Shown: positions 10,083-28,065 of the stretch, piece after piece | Numbering within the stretch: position 1 is the stretch's first letter | How the letters are laid out: every line of letters begins with the position of its first letter | Assembly (NCBI RefSeq): GCF_003334765.1 | Contig: NZ_QOWT01000001.1 | Source of the DNA: Escherichia coli | Lineage (GTDB): Bacteria; Pseudomonadota; Gammaproteobacteria; Enterobacterales; Enterobacteriaceae | DNA: 64,000 nucleotides | Reading direction: 5' to 3' (one strand) | Notes under the pieces: generated by a model | Seen by the model: only the letters and a program-made list of their open reading frames with translations | The model's database searches: none | Told to the model about the DNA's origin: nothing | Program-made: the position numbers and the translations under genes

Positions 10083-10793
10083 CTATCCTTCATTTTTTGG
10101 GTGAGTAAGTGGGCTGCGGCGCGAAGCAGACAGATCCACATGTTTGTGTCGGGCGTAGAGTTTTGCGAGCTGGACGAGAATAAACAGCGCCAGGCCCGCC
10201 AGACAGAGTTGTAAAATAAAGCGCAGCGTAATGCCTTCATTGGCGAGATCGCTTGCCATCACGGTATAAATAACAATACCGGGTAGGGTCGTGAGTGCCG
10301 AAATAAGGGTATAAGGCCAGAAGGCGATTGTGGTTAATCCGTAAGCGTAATTTTGAATATTGTAAGGAAACAACGGGATTAAGCGGGTCAGAATAAGAAA
10401 ATCAATACCGTTACGCGCAATGCCTTTTTCAATGGCCTGGAAGGTATTGCTATGGCCAACGTATTTCAGCAGTAAATCACGTCCCAGCCAGCGCGCCAGC
10501 AGGAATGAGCACGAGGAGGCCAGCATGGCGGCAATTAATGAGAGTAGTGTCCCTAAGAGCGGGCCAAAAACTATTCCTCCCGCGATCACCAGTATGCTTC
10601 CTGGTAACAGCAAGAGGGTGGCAATGATGAATAACAGAATATAGAGGCTATAGCCGAAAAATCCGCTCTGGCGGATGAGTGTCTGTAAGTGGGGTAAATC
10701 GGTGAGCAGATCGAATAAACCGAAAGCGTGGATAGCGTAAATGACCAGCGCAAAAATAAGACAGGCAAAAAGAAATTTACGCTCAGCGTTCAT
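10083..10793 (-). CDS. ydjX: TVP38/TMEM64 (DedA-related) family inner-membrane protein YdjX
   Basis: Start taken at MNAERKFLFACLIFAL, giving 236 aa; polytopic; first gene of the minus-strand cluster. Confidence 0.82.
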   Translation of the reverse strand: MNAERKFLFACLIFALVIYAIHAFGLFDLLTDLPHLQTLIRQSGFFGYSLYILLFIIATLLLLPGSILVIAGGIVFGPLLGTLLSLIAAMLASSCSFLLARWLGRDLLLKYVGHSNTFQAIEKGIARNGIDFLILTRLIPLFPYNIQNYAYGLTTIAFWPYTLISALTTLPGIVIYTVMASDLANEGITLRFILQLCLAGLALFILVQLAKLYARHKHVDLSASRRSPLTHPKNEG

Positions 10794-10959
10794 CGTGGAG
10801 TTTCCTATATCAAACTTGATAATAGAGAAGTGGTCAGACAACTAAAAACGCAGAGACGGTATAACAAAGGACGGCAGGCAACAAATCATTACTGACAGTT
10901 TGTTGATTTTTCTCAAGGTTAATTCTCCTGACCCAGTTTGAGCCAGGAGAGCTGCTAAA

Positions 10960-11766
10960 TTAGCGGCGGAAGGTCGCCCAGACGGGGGCGTGATCGGACG
11001 GTTTTTCCATGCTGCGGATTTCATAGTCGATGCCGGTTTCTACGCAACATTCTGCCAGCGGTTGGCTGGCGAGCAGCAGGTCGATGCGCAGACCACGGTT
11101 ATCGTCAAAACCTTTTGAGCGGTAATCAAACCATGAGAAACGATCTGCTGTTTGCGGATTCGCATGGCGGAAGGTATCGACCAACCCCCAGCTCATCAGC
11201 CTGTCCATCCATTCGCGCTCTTCCGGCAGGAAAGAGCATTTACCGGTACGCAGCCAGCGCTTACGGTTTTCTTCGCCAATGCCGATATCCAGATCTGTAG
11301 GGCTGATATTCATATCGCCCATAATCAGTACCGGATTATCACGTTTGAGTTCGGTTTCCAGGTAGTTTTGCAGATTCTGATAAAACTGCGCTTTTGCCGG
11401 GAATTTTATCGGATGGTCGCGGCTTTCACCCTGCGGGAAGTAACCGTTGATCACGGTGACATTACCCAGCAGTGAGGGGATTTCCGCCATAATAATCCGC
11501 CGCTGCGCCTCTTCGTCGTCACCGGGAAAGCCGCGACGCACGGCAATCGGCGTCTCTTTGGTCAGCAGCGCCACGCCATAATGGCCTTTCTGCCCGTGAT
11601 AAAACACGTTGTAGCCGAGCTTCGCCACCTCTTCGAGCGGAAACATATCGTCATGAACTTTTGTCTCCTGCAGGCCAATCACATCCGGTTGGTGCTTTTC
11701 GACGATGGCTTCAAGCTGGTGAGGTCTGGCGCGCAGGCCGTTGATATTAAAAGAGACAAATTTCAT
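10960..11766 (-). CDS. xthA: Exodeoxyribonuclease III (AP endonuclease VI)
   Basis: 268 aa from [36 protein letters not shown]; classic ExoIII sequence. Confidence 0.96.
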
Positions 11767-12040
11767 AGTCGCTGCCATTTATTCAGATAAAGAGTGCGTG
11801 GATGGTAGCAGAATTTCGCGTTGCTTACCGCCTGTTGTTAAGTGATTTGATCGATGGTTGTTAATGATGTCAACGATGGCGCAAAAAATGCCCGCTTTTA
11901 GTGCGCGCTGCGTCAGAATGGCGCAGTAATTTCCAGTAAATTTCGTCAATGATCACAATTCCAGAATTATATTTTACTTCTGCATAACATTGCGTTTTTT
12001 ATTCTTTTTATTCACCCACATCGCAAACGTATTCACTTTA

Positions 12041-12059
12041 TATGCACTTTAAATGCATA
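12041..12059. promoter_or_regulatory. Perfect 6-bp-arm inverted repeat TATGCA-N7-TGCATA in the ast control region; candidate regulator site (ArgR or NtrC class)
   Basis: Palindrome read directly; the ast promoter is known to be ArgR- and NtrC-dependent, but assigning this exact site is tentative. Confidence 0.3.
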
Positions 12060-12123
12060 TGGTTTGGTTATAACTCCTTGATTTCCAGTTAGCCTCCGCC
12101 GTTTATGCACTTTTATCACTGGC

Positions 12124-12139
12124 TGGCACGAACCCTGCA
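12124..12139 (+). promoter_or_regulatory. sigma54 (-24/-12) promoter of the astCADBE operon
   Basis: TGGCACG-N4-CTGCA matches TGGCAC-N5-TTGCW with correct GG/GC spacing, about 70 nt upstream of the astC ATG. Confidence 0.75.
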
Positions 12140-12175
12140 ATCTACATTTACAGCGCAAACATTACTTATTATTAA

Positions 12176-18239
<6,064 letters not shown>

Positions 18240-18412
18240 TACTTACCCGCAGAAATCATTCTGCGGGTATTAAGTTGCTTTCTTATAAATTAATACAGAT
18301 TAATCCTGGTTATTTGCTTTATTTATCACCAGTCATCCGGTATAGTTCTTCATAATCTCTGCAAAATCATCGTGTTGTAATATTCTCTCATCACTCTCCA
18401 TCAAATTTTCTT

Positions 18413-18430
18413 TTTTTCTCCATAATTGGC
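18413..18430 (+). promoter_or_regulatory. BaeR response-regulator box upstream of spy
   Basis: TTTTTCTCCATAATTGGC matches the BaeR consensus TTTTTCTCCATDATTGGC exactly. Confidence 0.7.
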
Positions 18431-18478
18431 GCAAAAGTGTTTTTTACACTTTCATTGTTTTACCGTTGCTCTGATTAA

Positions 18479-18507
18479 TTGACGCTAAAGTCAGTAAAGT
18501 TAATCTC
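18479..18507 (+). promoter_or_regulatory. Candidate sigma70 promoter of spy (TTGACG -35, TAATCT-like -10) with adjacent GTAAA motifs
   Basis: Hexamers read from sequence about 60-90 nt upstream of the spy ATG; Cpx regulation is from knowledge, CpxR box not confidently placed. Confidence 0.4.
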
Positions 18508-18568
18508 GTCAACACGGCACGCTACTTAAGAAAGCCGTAATAAATAACTGAAAGGAAGGATATAGAAT

Positions 18569-19054
18569 ATGCGTAAATTAACTGCACTGTTTGTTGCCTC
18601 TACCCTGGCTCTTGGCGCGGCTAACCTGGCCCATGCCGCAGACACCACTACCGCAGCACCGGCTGACGCGAAGCCGATGATGCACCACAAAGGCAAGTTC
18701 GGTCCGCATCAGGACATGATGTTCAAAGACCTGAACCTGACCGACGCGCAGAAACAGCAGATCCGCGAAATCATGAAAGGCCAGCGTGACCAGATGAAAC
18801 GTCCGCCGCTGGAAGAACGCCGCGCAATGCATGACATCATTGCCAGCGATACCTTCGATAAAGTAAAAGCTGAAGCGCAGATCGCAAAAATGGAAGAACA
18901 GCGCAAAGCTAACATGCTGGCGCACATGGAAACCCAGAACAAAATTTACAACATCCTGACGCCGGAACAGAAAAAGCAATTTAATGCTAATTTTGAGAAG
19001 CGTCTGACAGAACGTCCAGCGGCAAAAGGTAAAATGCCTGCAACTGCTGAATAA
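18569..19054 (+). CDS. spy: Periplasmic ATP-independent chaperone Spy
   Basis: 161 aa with signal peptide MRKLTALFVASTLALGAANLAHA and LTDAQKQQIREI motif. Confidence 0.95.
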   Translation: MRKLTALFVASTLALGAANLAHAADTTTAAPADAKPMMHHKGKFGPHQDMMFKDLNLTDAQKQQIREIMKGQRDQMKRPPLEERRAMHDIIASDTFDKVKAEAQIAKMEEQRKANMLAHMETQNKIYNILTPEQKKQFNANFEKRLTERPAAKGKMPATAE

Positions 19055-19072
19055 TCTTTCAGCCAAAAAACT

Positions 19073-19140
19073 TAAGACCGCCGGTCTTGTCCACTACCTT
19101 GCAGTAATGCGGTGGACAGGATCGGCGGTTTTCTTTTCTC
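19073..19140 (+). terminator. Rho-independent terminator downstream of spy
   Basis: GC-rich nested hairpins (gaccgccggtc; gtccac...gtggac) followed by a T-rich tract. Confidence 0.6.
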
Positions 19141-19178
19141 TTCTCAAACAGTTGTAAAAAAAGCCTGATCACCACTAA

Positions 19179-20679
<1,501 letters not shown>

Positions 20680-20692
20680 TGTTGACTCCGAA

Positions 20693-20712
20693 TGCTGGTT
20701 ATCTATCCAGTG
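20693..20712. promoter_or_regulatory. LexA (SOS) box upstream of cho
   Basis: Reverse complement CACTGGATAGATAACCAGCA is a near-palindromic CTG-N10-CAG LexA-type operator, 14 nt upstream of the cho start. Confidence 0.65.
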
Positions 20713-20761
20713 TAACAGGCGGGAAGCGATTAAAAAAGAGGCGGGTCGATGACAAAGGTTA

Positions 20762-20872
20762 CACCGTCTGACGTGCTACGCCTGTCAGGCCTATTCGACT
20801 CCTGCAATGTATTGAATTTGCATAGTTTTATAGGTCGAATAAGGCGTTCACGCCGCATCCGGCGTGAACAAA
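20762..20872. repeat. Composite REP/BIME-type repeat (two REP-like palindromes flanking a conserved spacer)
   Basis: Contains gcctgtcaggcctat and taggtcgaataaggcgttcacgccgcatccggcgtgaaca; the spacer cctgcaatgtattgaatttgcatagtttta recurs nearly identically at 27949-27978. Confidence 0.7.
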
Positions 20873-20908
20873 TTACTCTTTTTCGCACAATCCAATATGT
20901 GCAAATTA

Positions 20909-21736
20909 TTACTTTTTCCAGAAATCATCGAAAACGGTAATTGGCGGACGGCGTTTATGTTCGGTTTTCAGATACCAGTTCTCTATTGTTCTGGCGACCT
21001 GTTGAGGTACGTTTTTCCCTTCCAGATAGTCGTCGATATTGTCATAGGTCACGCCGAGTGCCACTTCATCTGGCAGAGAAGGGCGATCATCTTCCAGATC
21101 GGCCGTTGGCGCTTTCTTATAAAGGTGTTCCGGGCAAGCTAATGCCGCCAGTAACTGTTTACCCTGACGTTTGTTGAGACGATACAGCGGATTAATGTCC
21201 GTACCGCCGTCACCATATTTAGTGAAGAATCCGGTAATGGCTTCTGCTGCATGATCGGTGCCCACCACGACACCGCTGGTCATACCCGCAATGCTATATT
21301 GTGCTTTCATCCGCTCACGCGCTTTTTCATTGCCACGGACAAAATCGCTCAGTTCAATGCCTGCTTCCCGCAATGCCTGTTCGCTGGCCAATACCGCGCC
21401 CTTGATATTAACGGTTAATACGCGATCCGGTTGAATAAAGGCAATGGCATCCTGGCAATCTTGTTCGTCGGCCTGAACACCATAGGGCAGGCGTACGGCA
21501 ATAAATTGCAGTGATTCGTTGCCGGTTTCCAGGCGCAGCTCATTAATCGCCATCTGGCACAGCTTTCCGGCAAGCGTGGAGTCCTGACCGCCGCTGATCC
21601 CGAGCACCAGTGATTTAATGAACGGATAAGTTTGCAGGTAGCTTTTCAGAAAATCGACACTACGACGAATTTCCTCTTCAGCATTAATCTGCGGTTTTGC
21701 GCCCAGCGCCTTTATTATTTGTTGTTGCAATGTCAT
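20909..21736 (-). CDS. nadE: NH3-dependent NAD+ synthetase
   Basis: 275 aa; [22 protein letters not shown] and PP-loop SGGQDS. Confidence 0.96.
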
Positions 21737-21937
21737 TGAACCCCTCCAGACAGAAAAGACAAAACTTCCTTAAAGCTAACCCGTTGCTACTGAAACGACA
21801 AGCGACAGCGGGCTGAATGGTGGTTAAAACGTCATACAGGAATCCTCTGAAAGCGGAGCCGTTTCGTTCACGGGCTTGAAAAAGCGCCCAATGTATTCCA
21901 GGCTTATCTAACACGCTGATAAACAAGAGGACGGAAT

Positions 21938-22276
21938 ATGAACAAGAATATGGCAGGAATTCTGAGTGCAGCGGCGGTATTAACCATGCTGGCGGGTTGT
22001 ACGGCTTATGATCGTACCAAAGACCAGTTTGTACAGCCTGTGGTGAAAGACGTCAAAAAAGGCATGAGCCGGGCGCAGGTTGCACAAATTGCGGGTAAAC
22101 CTTCGTCTGAAGTGAGCATGATCCATGCTCGCGGTACTTGCCAGACCTACATCCTGGGTCAACGTGATGGTAAAGCAGAAACCTACTTTGTCGCGTTAGA
22201 TGATACCGGACATGTCATCAACTCCGGTTATCAGACCTGTGCTGAATACGACACTGATCCACAGGCTGCGAAGTAA
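21938..22276 (+). CDS. osmE: Osmotically inducible lipoprotein E
   Basis: 112 aa; lipobox LAGC after signal peptide. Confidence 0.92.
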
Positions 22277-22306
22277 TCAATTCGTCTGAAAGCTTGAGTA
22301 ACAACG

Positions 22307-22335
22307 GAAACCGGCCATTGCGCCGGTTTTTTTTG
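22307..22335 (+). terminator. Rho-independent terminator after osmE
   Basis: Hairpin ccggccattgcgccgg followed by T8. Confidence 0.75.
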
Positions 22336-22373
22336 GCCTGAGTTCTTAATTATCTTCGCGAATTATTTGCCCG

Positions 22374-22395
22374 AAATGTGAAGAGGGTCATAACC
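22374..22395. promoter_or_regulatory. CRP (cAMP receptor protein) site in the chb promoter region
   Basis: aaTGTGAagagggTCATAac matches TGTGA-N6-TCACA with one mismatch. Confidence 0.6.
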
Positions 22396-22574
22396 ACAGG
22401 TCAAGGAGAAACAATTTATAAGGTCAAAGAAATACTATTGCTCAGGTCTATACCGTATACTCCTTTCAGCCACAAAAAAAGTCATGTTGGTTTCGCAAGT
22501 TACCCAGAGCATGGAAGCAGGTTAAGGCTTGCGGAGTGTCTGGCTGACAGATAATCGTCGATGAGGGCAGTTTT

Positions 22575-22895
22575 ATGGAAAAGAAACACATTTATCTGTT
22601 TTGTTCTGCGGGCATGTCTACCTCTTTACTGGTATCAAAAATGCGCGCACAGGCAGAAAAATATGAAGTTCCGGTCATTATTGAAGCATTTCCGGAAACA
22701 CTGGCTGGTGAAAAAGGTCAGAATGCCGATGTCGTGTTATTAGGGCCGCAGATTGCTTATATGTTGCCCGAAATCCAGCGTTTGTTACCCAACAAACCGG
22801 TTGAAGTAATTGACTCGCTGCTTTATGGCAAAGTCGATGGTTTAGGCGTGCTTAAGGCTGCGGTTGCAGCGATTAAAAAAGCCGCAGCAAATTAA
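22575..22895 (+). CDS. chbB: PTS chitobiose-specific EIIB component
   Basis: 106 aa; [24 protein letters not shown] with active-site Cys. Confidence 0.95.
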   Translation: MEKKHIYLFCSAGMSTSLLVSKMRAQAEKYEVPVIIEAFPETLAGEKGQNADVVLLGPQIAYMLPEIQRLLPNKPVEVIDSLLYGKVDGLGVLKAAVAAIKKAAAN

Positions 22896-22979
22896 TTTAT
22901 TTTAAATTTTCCCGTCAAAGAGTTATTTCATAAATCAATACCGCAATATTTAAATTGCGGTTTTTAAGGGTATTTTTCT
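22896..22979 (+). promoter_or_regulatory. chbB-chbC intergenic region (known ChiX sRNA pairing/decoy region)
   Basis: 84-nt AT-rich spacer inside the operon; function assigned from the literature, the pairing site itself was not verified by eye. Confidence 0.45.
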
Positions 22980-24338
22980 ATGAGTAATGTTATTGCATCG
23001 CTTGAAAAGGTACTCCTCCCTTTTGCAGTTAAAATAGGAAAGCAGCCACACGTTAATGCAATCAAAAATGGCTTTATTCGCTTAATGCCGTTAACCCTTG
23101 CGGGGGCCATGTTTGTATTAATTAACAACGTTTTTCTAAGCTTTGGGGAGGGGTCGTTTTTTTATTCCTTAGGTATTCGCCTCGACGCCTCAACCATTGA
23201 AACACTTAATGGTCTGAAAGGTATTGGCGGCAACGTATATAACGGAACATTAGGAATAATGTCTTTAATGGCACCGTTCTTTATTGGCATGGCGCTGGCA
23301 GAAGAGCGTAAAGTCGATGCGCTGGCGGCTGGGTTGTTATCCGTTGCAGCATTTATGACCGTCACCCCATATAGTGTCGGTGAGGCCTATGCGGTTGGTG
23401 CAAACTGGTTAGGTGGGGCGAATATCATCTCCGGGATTATTATTGGCCTGGTGGTGGCAGAAATGTTTACCTTTATTGTCCGCCGCAATTGGGTCATTAA
23501 ACTGCCCGACAGCGTACCTGCTTCAGTATCGCGTTCCTTCTCGGCATTAATTCCCGGCTTTATTATTCTTTCCGTGATGGGGATTATTGCCTGGGCGTTG
23601 AATACCTGGGGCACCAACTTCCATCAGATCATTATGGATACCATCTCAACCCCACTGGCATCGTTGGGTAGCGTGGTGGGCTGGGCCTATGTGATCTTTG
23701 TTCCACTGCTCTGGTTCTTCGGTATTCATGGCGCGCTGGCGCTGACCGCACTGGACAACGGCATTATGACGCCGTGGGCACTGGAAAATATCGCGACCTA
23801 TCAGCAATATGGTTCCGTCGAAGCGGCGCTGGCAGCCGGTAAGACCTTCCATATCTGGGCCAAGCCGATGCTGGACTCCTTTATTTTCCTTGGGGGCAGT
23901 GGTGCGACTTTAGGCCTGATCCTGGCTATCTTTATCGCCTCTCGCCGTGCTGATTATCGTCAGGTGGCAAAACTGGCGCTGCCGTCCGGCATCTTCCAGA
24001 TTAACGAACCGATTCTGTTTGGTCTGCCAATTATCATGAACCCGGTGATGTTTATCCCGTTTGTACTGGTACAACCGATTCTGGCGGCAATCACCCTCGC
24101 AGCGTACTACATGGGCATTATTCCTCCGGTGACCAATATTGCACCGTGGACCATGCCAACCGGTCTGGGAGCCTTCTTTAACACCAACGGTAGCGTCGCC
24201 GCATTGCTGGTCGCACTCTTCAACCTTGGCATCGCAACGTTAATTTATCTGCCCTTTGTTGTGGTGGCTAACAAAGCACAAAATGCGATTGATAAAGAAG
24301 AGAGCGAAGAAGATATCGCTAACGCCCTGAAATTTTAA
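22980..24338 (+). CDS. chbC: PTS chitobiose-specific EIIC permease
   Basis: 452-aa polytopic membrane protein. Confidence 0.95.
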
Positions 24339-24388
24339 TCGATGCCGGTACGGGTAATCGTGCCGGTAAGAAAAGAGAGGAACGATGT

Positions 24389-24739
24389 ATGATGGATCTC
24401 GATAACATTCCCGATACGCAAACGGAAGCTGAAGAGCTGGAAGAAGTGGTGATGGGGCTGATCATCAACTCCGGACAAGCGCGCAGCCTGGCGTATGCGG
24501 CACTGAAACAGGCGAAGCAGGGCGATTTTGCCGCAGCAAAAGCCATGATGGATCAGTCACGGATGGCATTGAATGAAGCGCATCTGGTACAGACGAAACT
24601 GATTGAAGGCGATGCGGGCGAAGGTAAGATGAAAGTGAGTCTGGTGCTGGTCCACGCTCAGGATCATTTAATGACGTCCATGCTTGCGCGTGAACTGATT
24701 ACTGAATTAATTGAGCTTCATGAAAAACTGAAGGCATAA
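24389..24739 (+). CDS. chbA: PTS chitobiose-specific EIIA component
   Basis: 116 aa; lactose/cellobiose EIIA family. Confidence 0.93.
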
Positions 24740-24746
24740 GGAGTCG

Positions 24747-25589
24747 ATGATGCAGCCAGTGATTAACGCGCCGGAAATTGCCACTGCCCGAGAACAGCAG
24801 TTGTTTAATGGCAAAAACTTCCATGTGTTTATCTATAACAAAACTGAGAGTATCAGCGGACTGCATCAGCACGACTATTATGAATTTACTCTGGTATTAA
24901 CCGGGCGTTATTTCCAGGAGATTAACGGTAAGCGCGTGTTACTGGAACGGGGCGATTTTGTTTTTATTCCGTTAGGTTCGCACCATCAAAGTTTTTATGA
25001 GTTTGGTGCCACGCGCATATTGAACGTTGGGATCAGTAAACGCTTTTTTGAGCAGCATTACCTGCCATTGTTGCCTTATTGCTTTGTCGCTTCGCAGGTA
25101 TACCGGACCAATAACGCTTTTCTCACCTATGTGGAAACAGTGATTTCTTCATTGAATTTCCGCGAAACAGGGCTGGAAGAGTTTGTTGAGATGGTTACTT
25201 TTTATGTCATTAACCGTTTACGTCATTACCGCGAAGAACAGGTGATTGATGATGTACCGCAGTGGCTGAAAAGTACGGTAGAAAAGATGCATGATAAAGA
25301 GCAGTTTAGTGAATCGGCGCTGGAGAATATGGTGGCGTTGTCAGCCAAATCACAGGAATATTTGACGCGAGCGACTCAACGATATTATGGCAAAACGCCA
25401 ATGCAGATTATTAATGAAATCCGTATTAATTTTGCCAAAAAACAACTGGAAATGACCAACTATTCAGTGACGGATATTGCGTTTGAGGCCGGTTATAGTA
25501 GCCCGAGTTTGTTTATTAAAACGTTTAAGAAATTAACGTCCTTTACGCCTAAGAGCTATCGTAAGAAATTGACTGAATTTAATCAGTAA
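24747..25589 (+). CDS. chbR: AraC-family dual regulator of the chb operon
   Basis: 280 aa with C-terminal AraC-type HTH. Confidence 0.93.
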
Positions 25590-25693
25590 GTCGTTATACC
25601 TGACAATTCACATATCTGTCCTGTTGCTGGATTATTTATGTCCGGGGGGGCAGATATGCCAGATATCAGTATTCTGTACTGAAGGGAGAAATT

Positions 25694-27046
25694 ATGAGCC
25701 AGAAATTAAAAGTCGTCACTATTGGTGGCGGGAGCAGCTATACCCCGGAGTTACTGGAAGGATTTATTAAGCGTTATCACGAATTGCCGGTCAGCGAATT
25801 ATGGCTGGTGGATGTCGAAGGTGGTAAAGCGAAACTGGATATTATTTTCGATCTCTGCCAACGGATGATTGATAACGCTGGCGTCCCGATGAAGCTTTAT
25901 AAAACGCTGGATCGCCGCGAAGCATTGAAAGATGCTGATTTCGTTACTACCCAACTGCGCGTTGGCCAATTACCGGCGCGTGAACTGGATGAACGTATTC
26001 CATTAAGTCATGGTTATCTTGGTCAGGAAACCAACGGCGCGGGCGGTTTGTTTAAAGGTCTGCGTACCATTCCGGTGATTTTTGACATCGTAAAAGATGT
26101 CGAAGAACTTTGTCCGAATGCATGGGTGATTAACTTCACTAACCCGGCGGGAATAGTCACTGAAGCCGTTTATCGTCATACCGGATTTAAACGCTTTATC
26201 GGCGTGTGTAATATTCCGATCGGCATGAAGATGTTTATTCGCGATGTTCTGATGCTGAAAGACAGCGATGATTTATCTATCGATTTGTTCGGCCTCAACC
26301 ATATGGTGTTCATTAAGGATGTGCTGGTAAATGGCAAGTCGCGCTTTGCCGAATTGCTTGATGGTGTGGCGTCAGGGCAGTTAAAAGCGTCCTCTGTAAA
26401 AAATATTTTCGATCTGCCATTTAGTGAGGGCTTAATTCGTTCGTTGAATCTGCTGCCATGTTCTTATCTGCTGTATTACTTCAAGCAGAAAGAGATGCTG
26501 GCTATTGAAATGGGCGAATACTACAAAGGCGGCGCACGAGCGCAGGTAGTACAGAAAGTCGAGAAACAACTTTTTGAGCTGTATAAAAATCCTGAGCTGA
26601 AAGTTAAGCCGAAAGAACTGGAACAGCGCGGTGGGGCTTATTACTCTGATGCAGCATGCGAAGTGATCAACGCTATCTACAACGACAAGCAAGCAGAACA
26701 TTACGTTAATATCCCGCATCATGGGCAGATTGATAATATTCCGGCAGACTGGGCAGTAGAAATGACCTGTAAGCTGGGGCGCGATGGCGCGACGCCACAT
26801 CCGCGCATTACGCATTTCGATGATAAAGTAATGGGGCTGATTCACACCATTAAAGGCTTCGAGATTGCTGCCAGTAACGCCGCACTTAGCGGAGAATTTA
26901 ACGATGTGTTACTGGCGCTAAACCTTAGTCCGTTGGTGCATTCCGATCGCGATGCTGAGCTGCTGGCACGCGAGATGATTCTGGCGCACGAGAAATGGCT
27001 GCCAAACTTTGCCGACTGCATCGCAGAGCTTAAAAAAGCACATTAA
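25694..27046 (+). CDS. chbF: Family 4 glycosyl hydrolase, NAD/Mn-dependent 6-phospho-beta-glucosidase
   Basis: 450 aa; N-terminal Rossmann motif KVVTIGGGSSYTPEL. Confidence 0.95.
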   Translation: MSQKLKVVTIGGGSSYTPELLEGFIKRYHELPVSELWLVDVEGGKAKLDIIFDLCQRMIDNAGVPMKLYKTLDRREALKDADFVTTQLRVGQLPARELDERIPLSHGYLGQETNGAGGLFKGLRTIPVIFDIVKDVEELCPNAWVINFTNPAGIVTEAVYRHTGFKRFIGVCNIPIGMKMFIRDVLMLKDSDDLSIDLFGLNHMVFIKDVLVNGKSRFAELLDGVASGQLKASSVKNIFDLPFSEGLIRSLNLLPCSYLLYYFKQKEMLAIEMGEYYKGGARAQVVQKVEKQLFELYKNPELKVKPKELEQRGGAYYSDAACEVINAIYNDKQAEHYVNIPHHGQIDNIPADWAVEMTCKLGRDGATPHPRITHFDDKVMGLIHTIKGFEIAASNAALSGEFNDVLLALNLSPLVHSDRDAELLAREMILAHEKWLPNFADCIAELKKAH

Positions 27047-27808
<762 letters not shown>

Positions 27809-27814
27809 GTGAGG

Positions 27815-28015
27815 ATGTTTGCCAGATGCGGCGTGAACCTTGCATCCGGCGATTAATTCCTACAAAGGCGGCGTAACTGCGCCGCTTGAGACTGCTGACA
27901 AACGCAAAACTGCCTGATGCGCTTCGCTTATCAGGCCTACGTGTTTCCTGCAATATATTGAATTTGCACAGTTTTGTAGGCCGGATAAGGCGTTCACGCC
28001 GCATCCGGCATAAAC
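27815..28015. repeat. Cluster of REP/BIME-type palindromic repeats between chbG and katE
   Basis: Three REP-like units (gccagatgcggcgtgaaccttgcatccggc; tgcctgatgcgcttcgcttatcaggcctac; gtaggccggataaggcgttcacgccgcatccggca) plus the conserved spacer shared with 20795-20830. Confidence 0.75.
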
Positions 28016-28038
28016 AAAGCGCACTATGTAAATCATTT

Positions 28039-28062
28039 GAGGCGGCGCAATTGCGCCGCCTC
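28039..28062 (-). terminator. Perfect 11-bp-stem hairpin immediately 3' of katE
   Basis: gaggcggcgca-at-tgcgccgcctc; sits just after the katE stop codon. No strong U-tract. Confidence 0.45.
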
Positions 28063-28065
28063 CCA

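Noticed and set aside
9401-10240. Longer 279-aa version of ydjY
   Set aside because: The extension overlaps ydjX; the internal start yields a canonical lipoprotein signal peptide.
27812-28062. Possible CRISPR array suggested by repeated GC-rich palindromes
   Set aside because: Repeats are REP/BIME-type imperfect palindromes with variable spacing, not regular direct repeats with unique spacers; there are no cas genes anywhere in the window.
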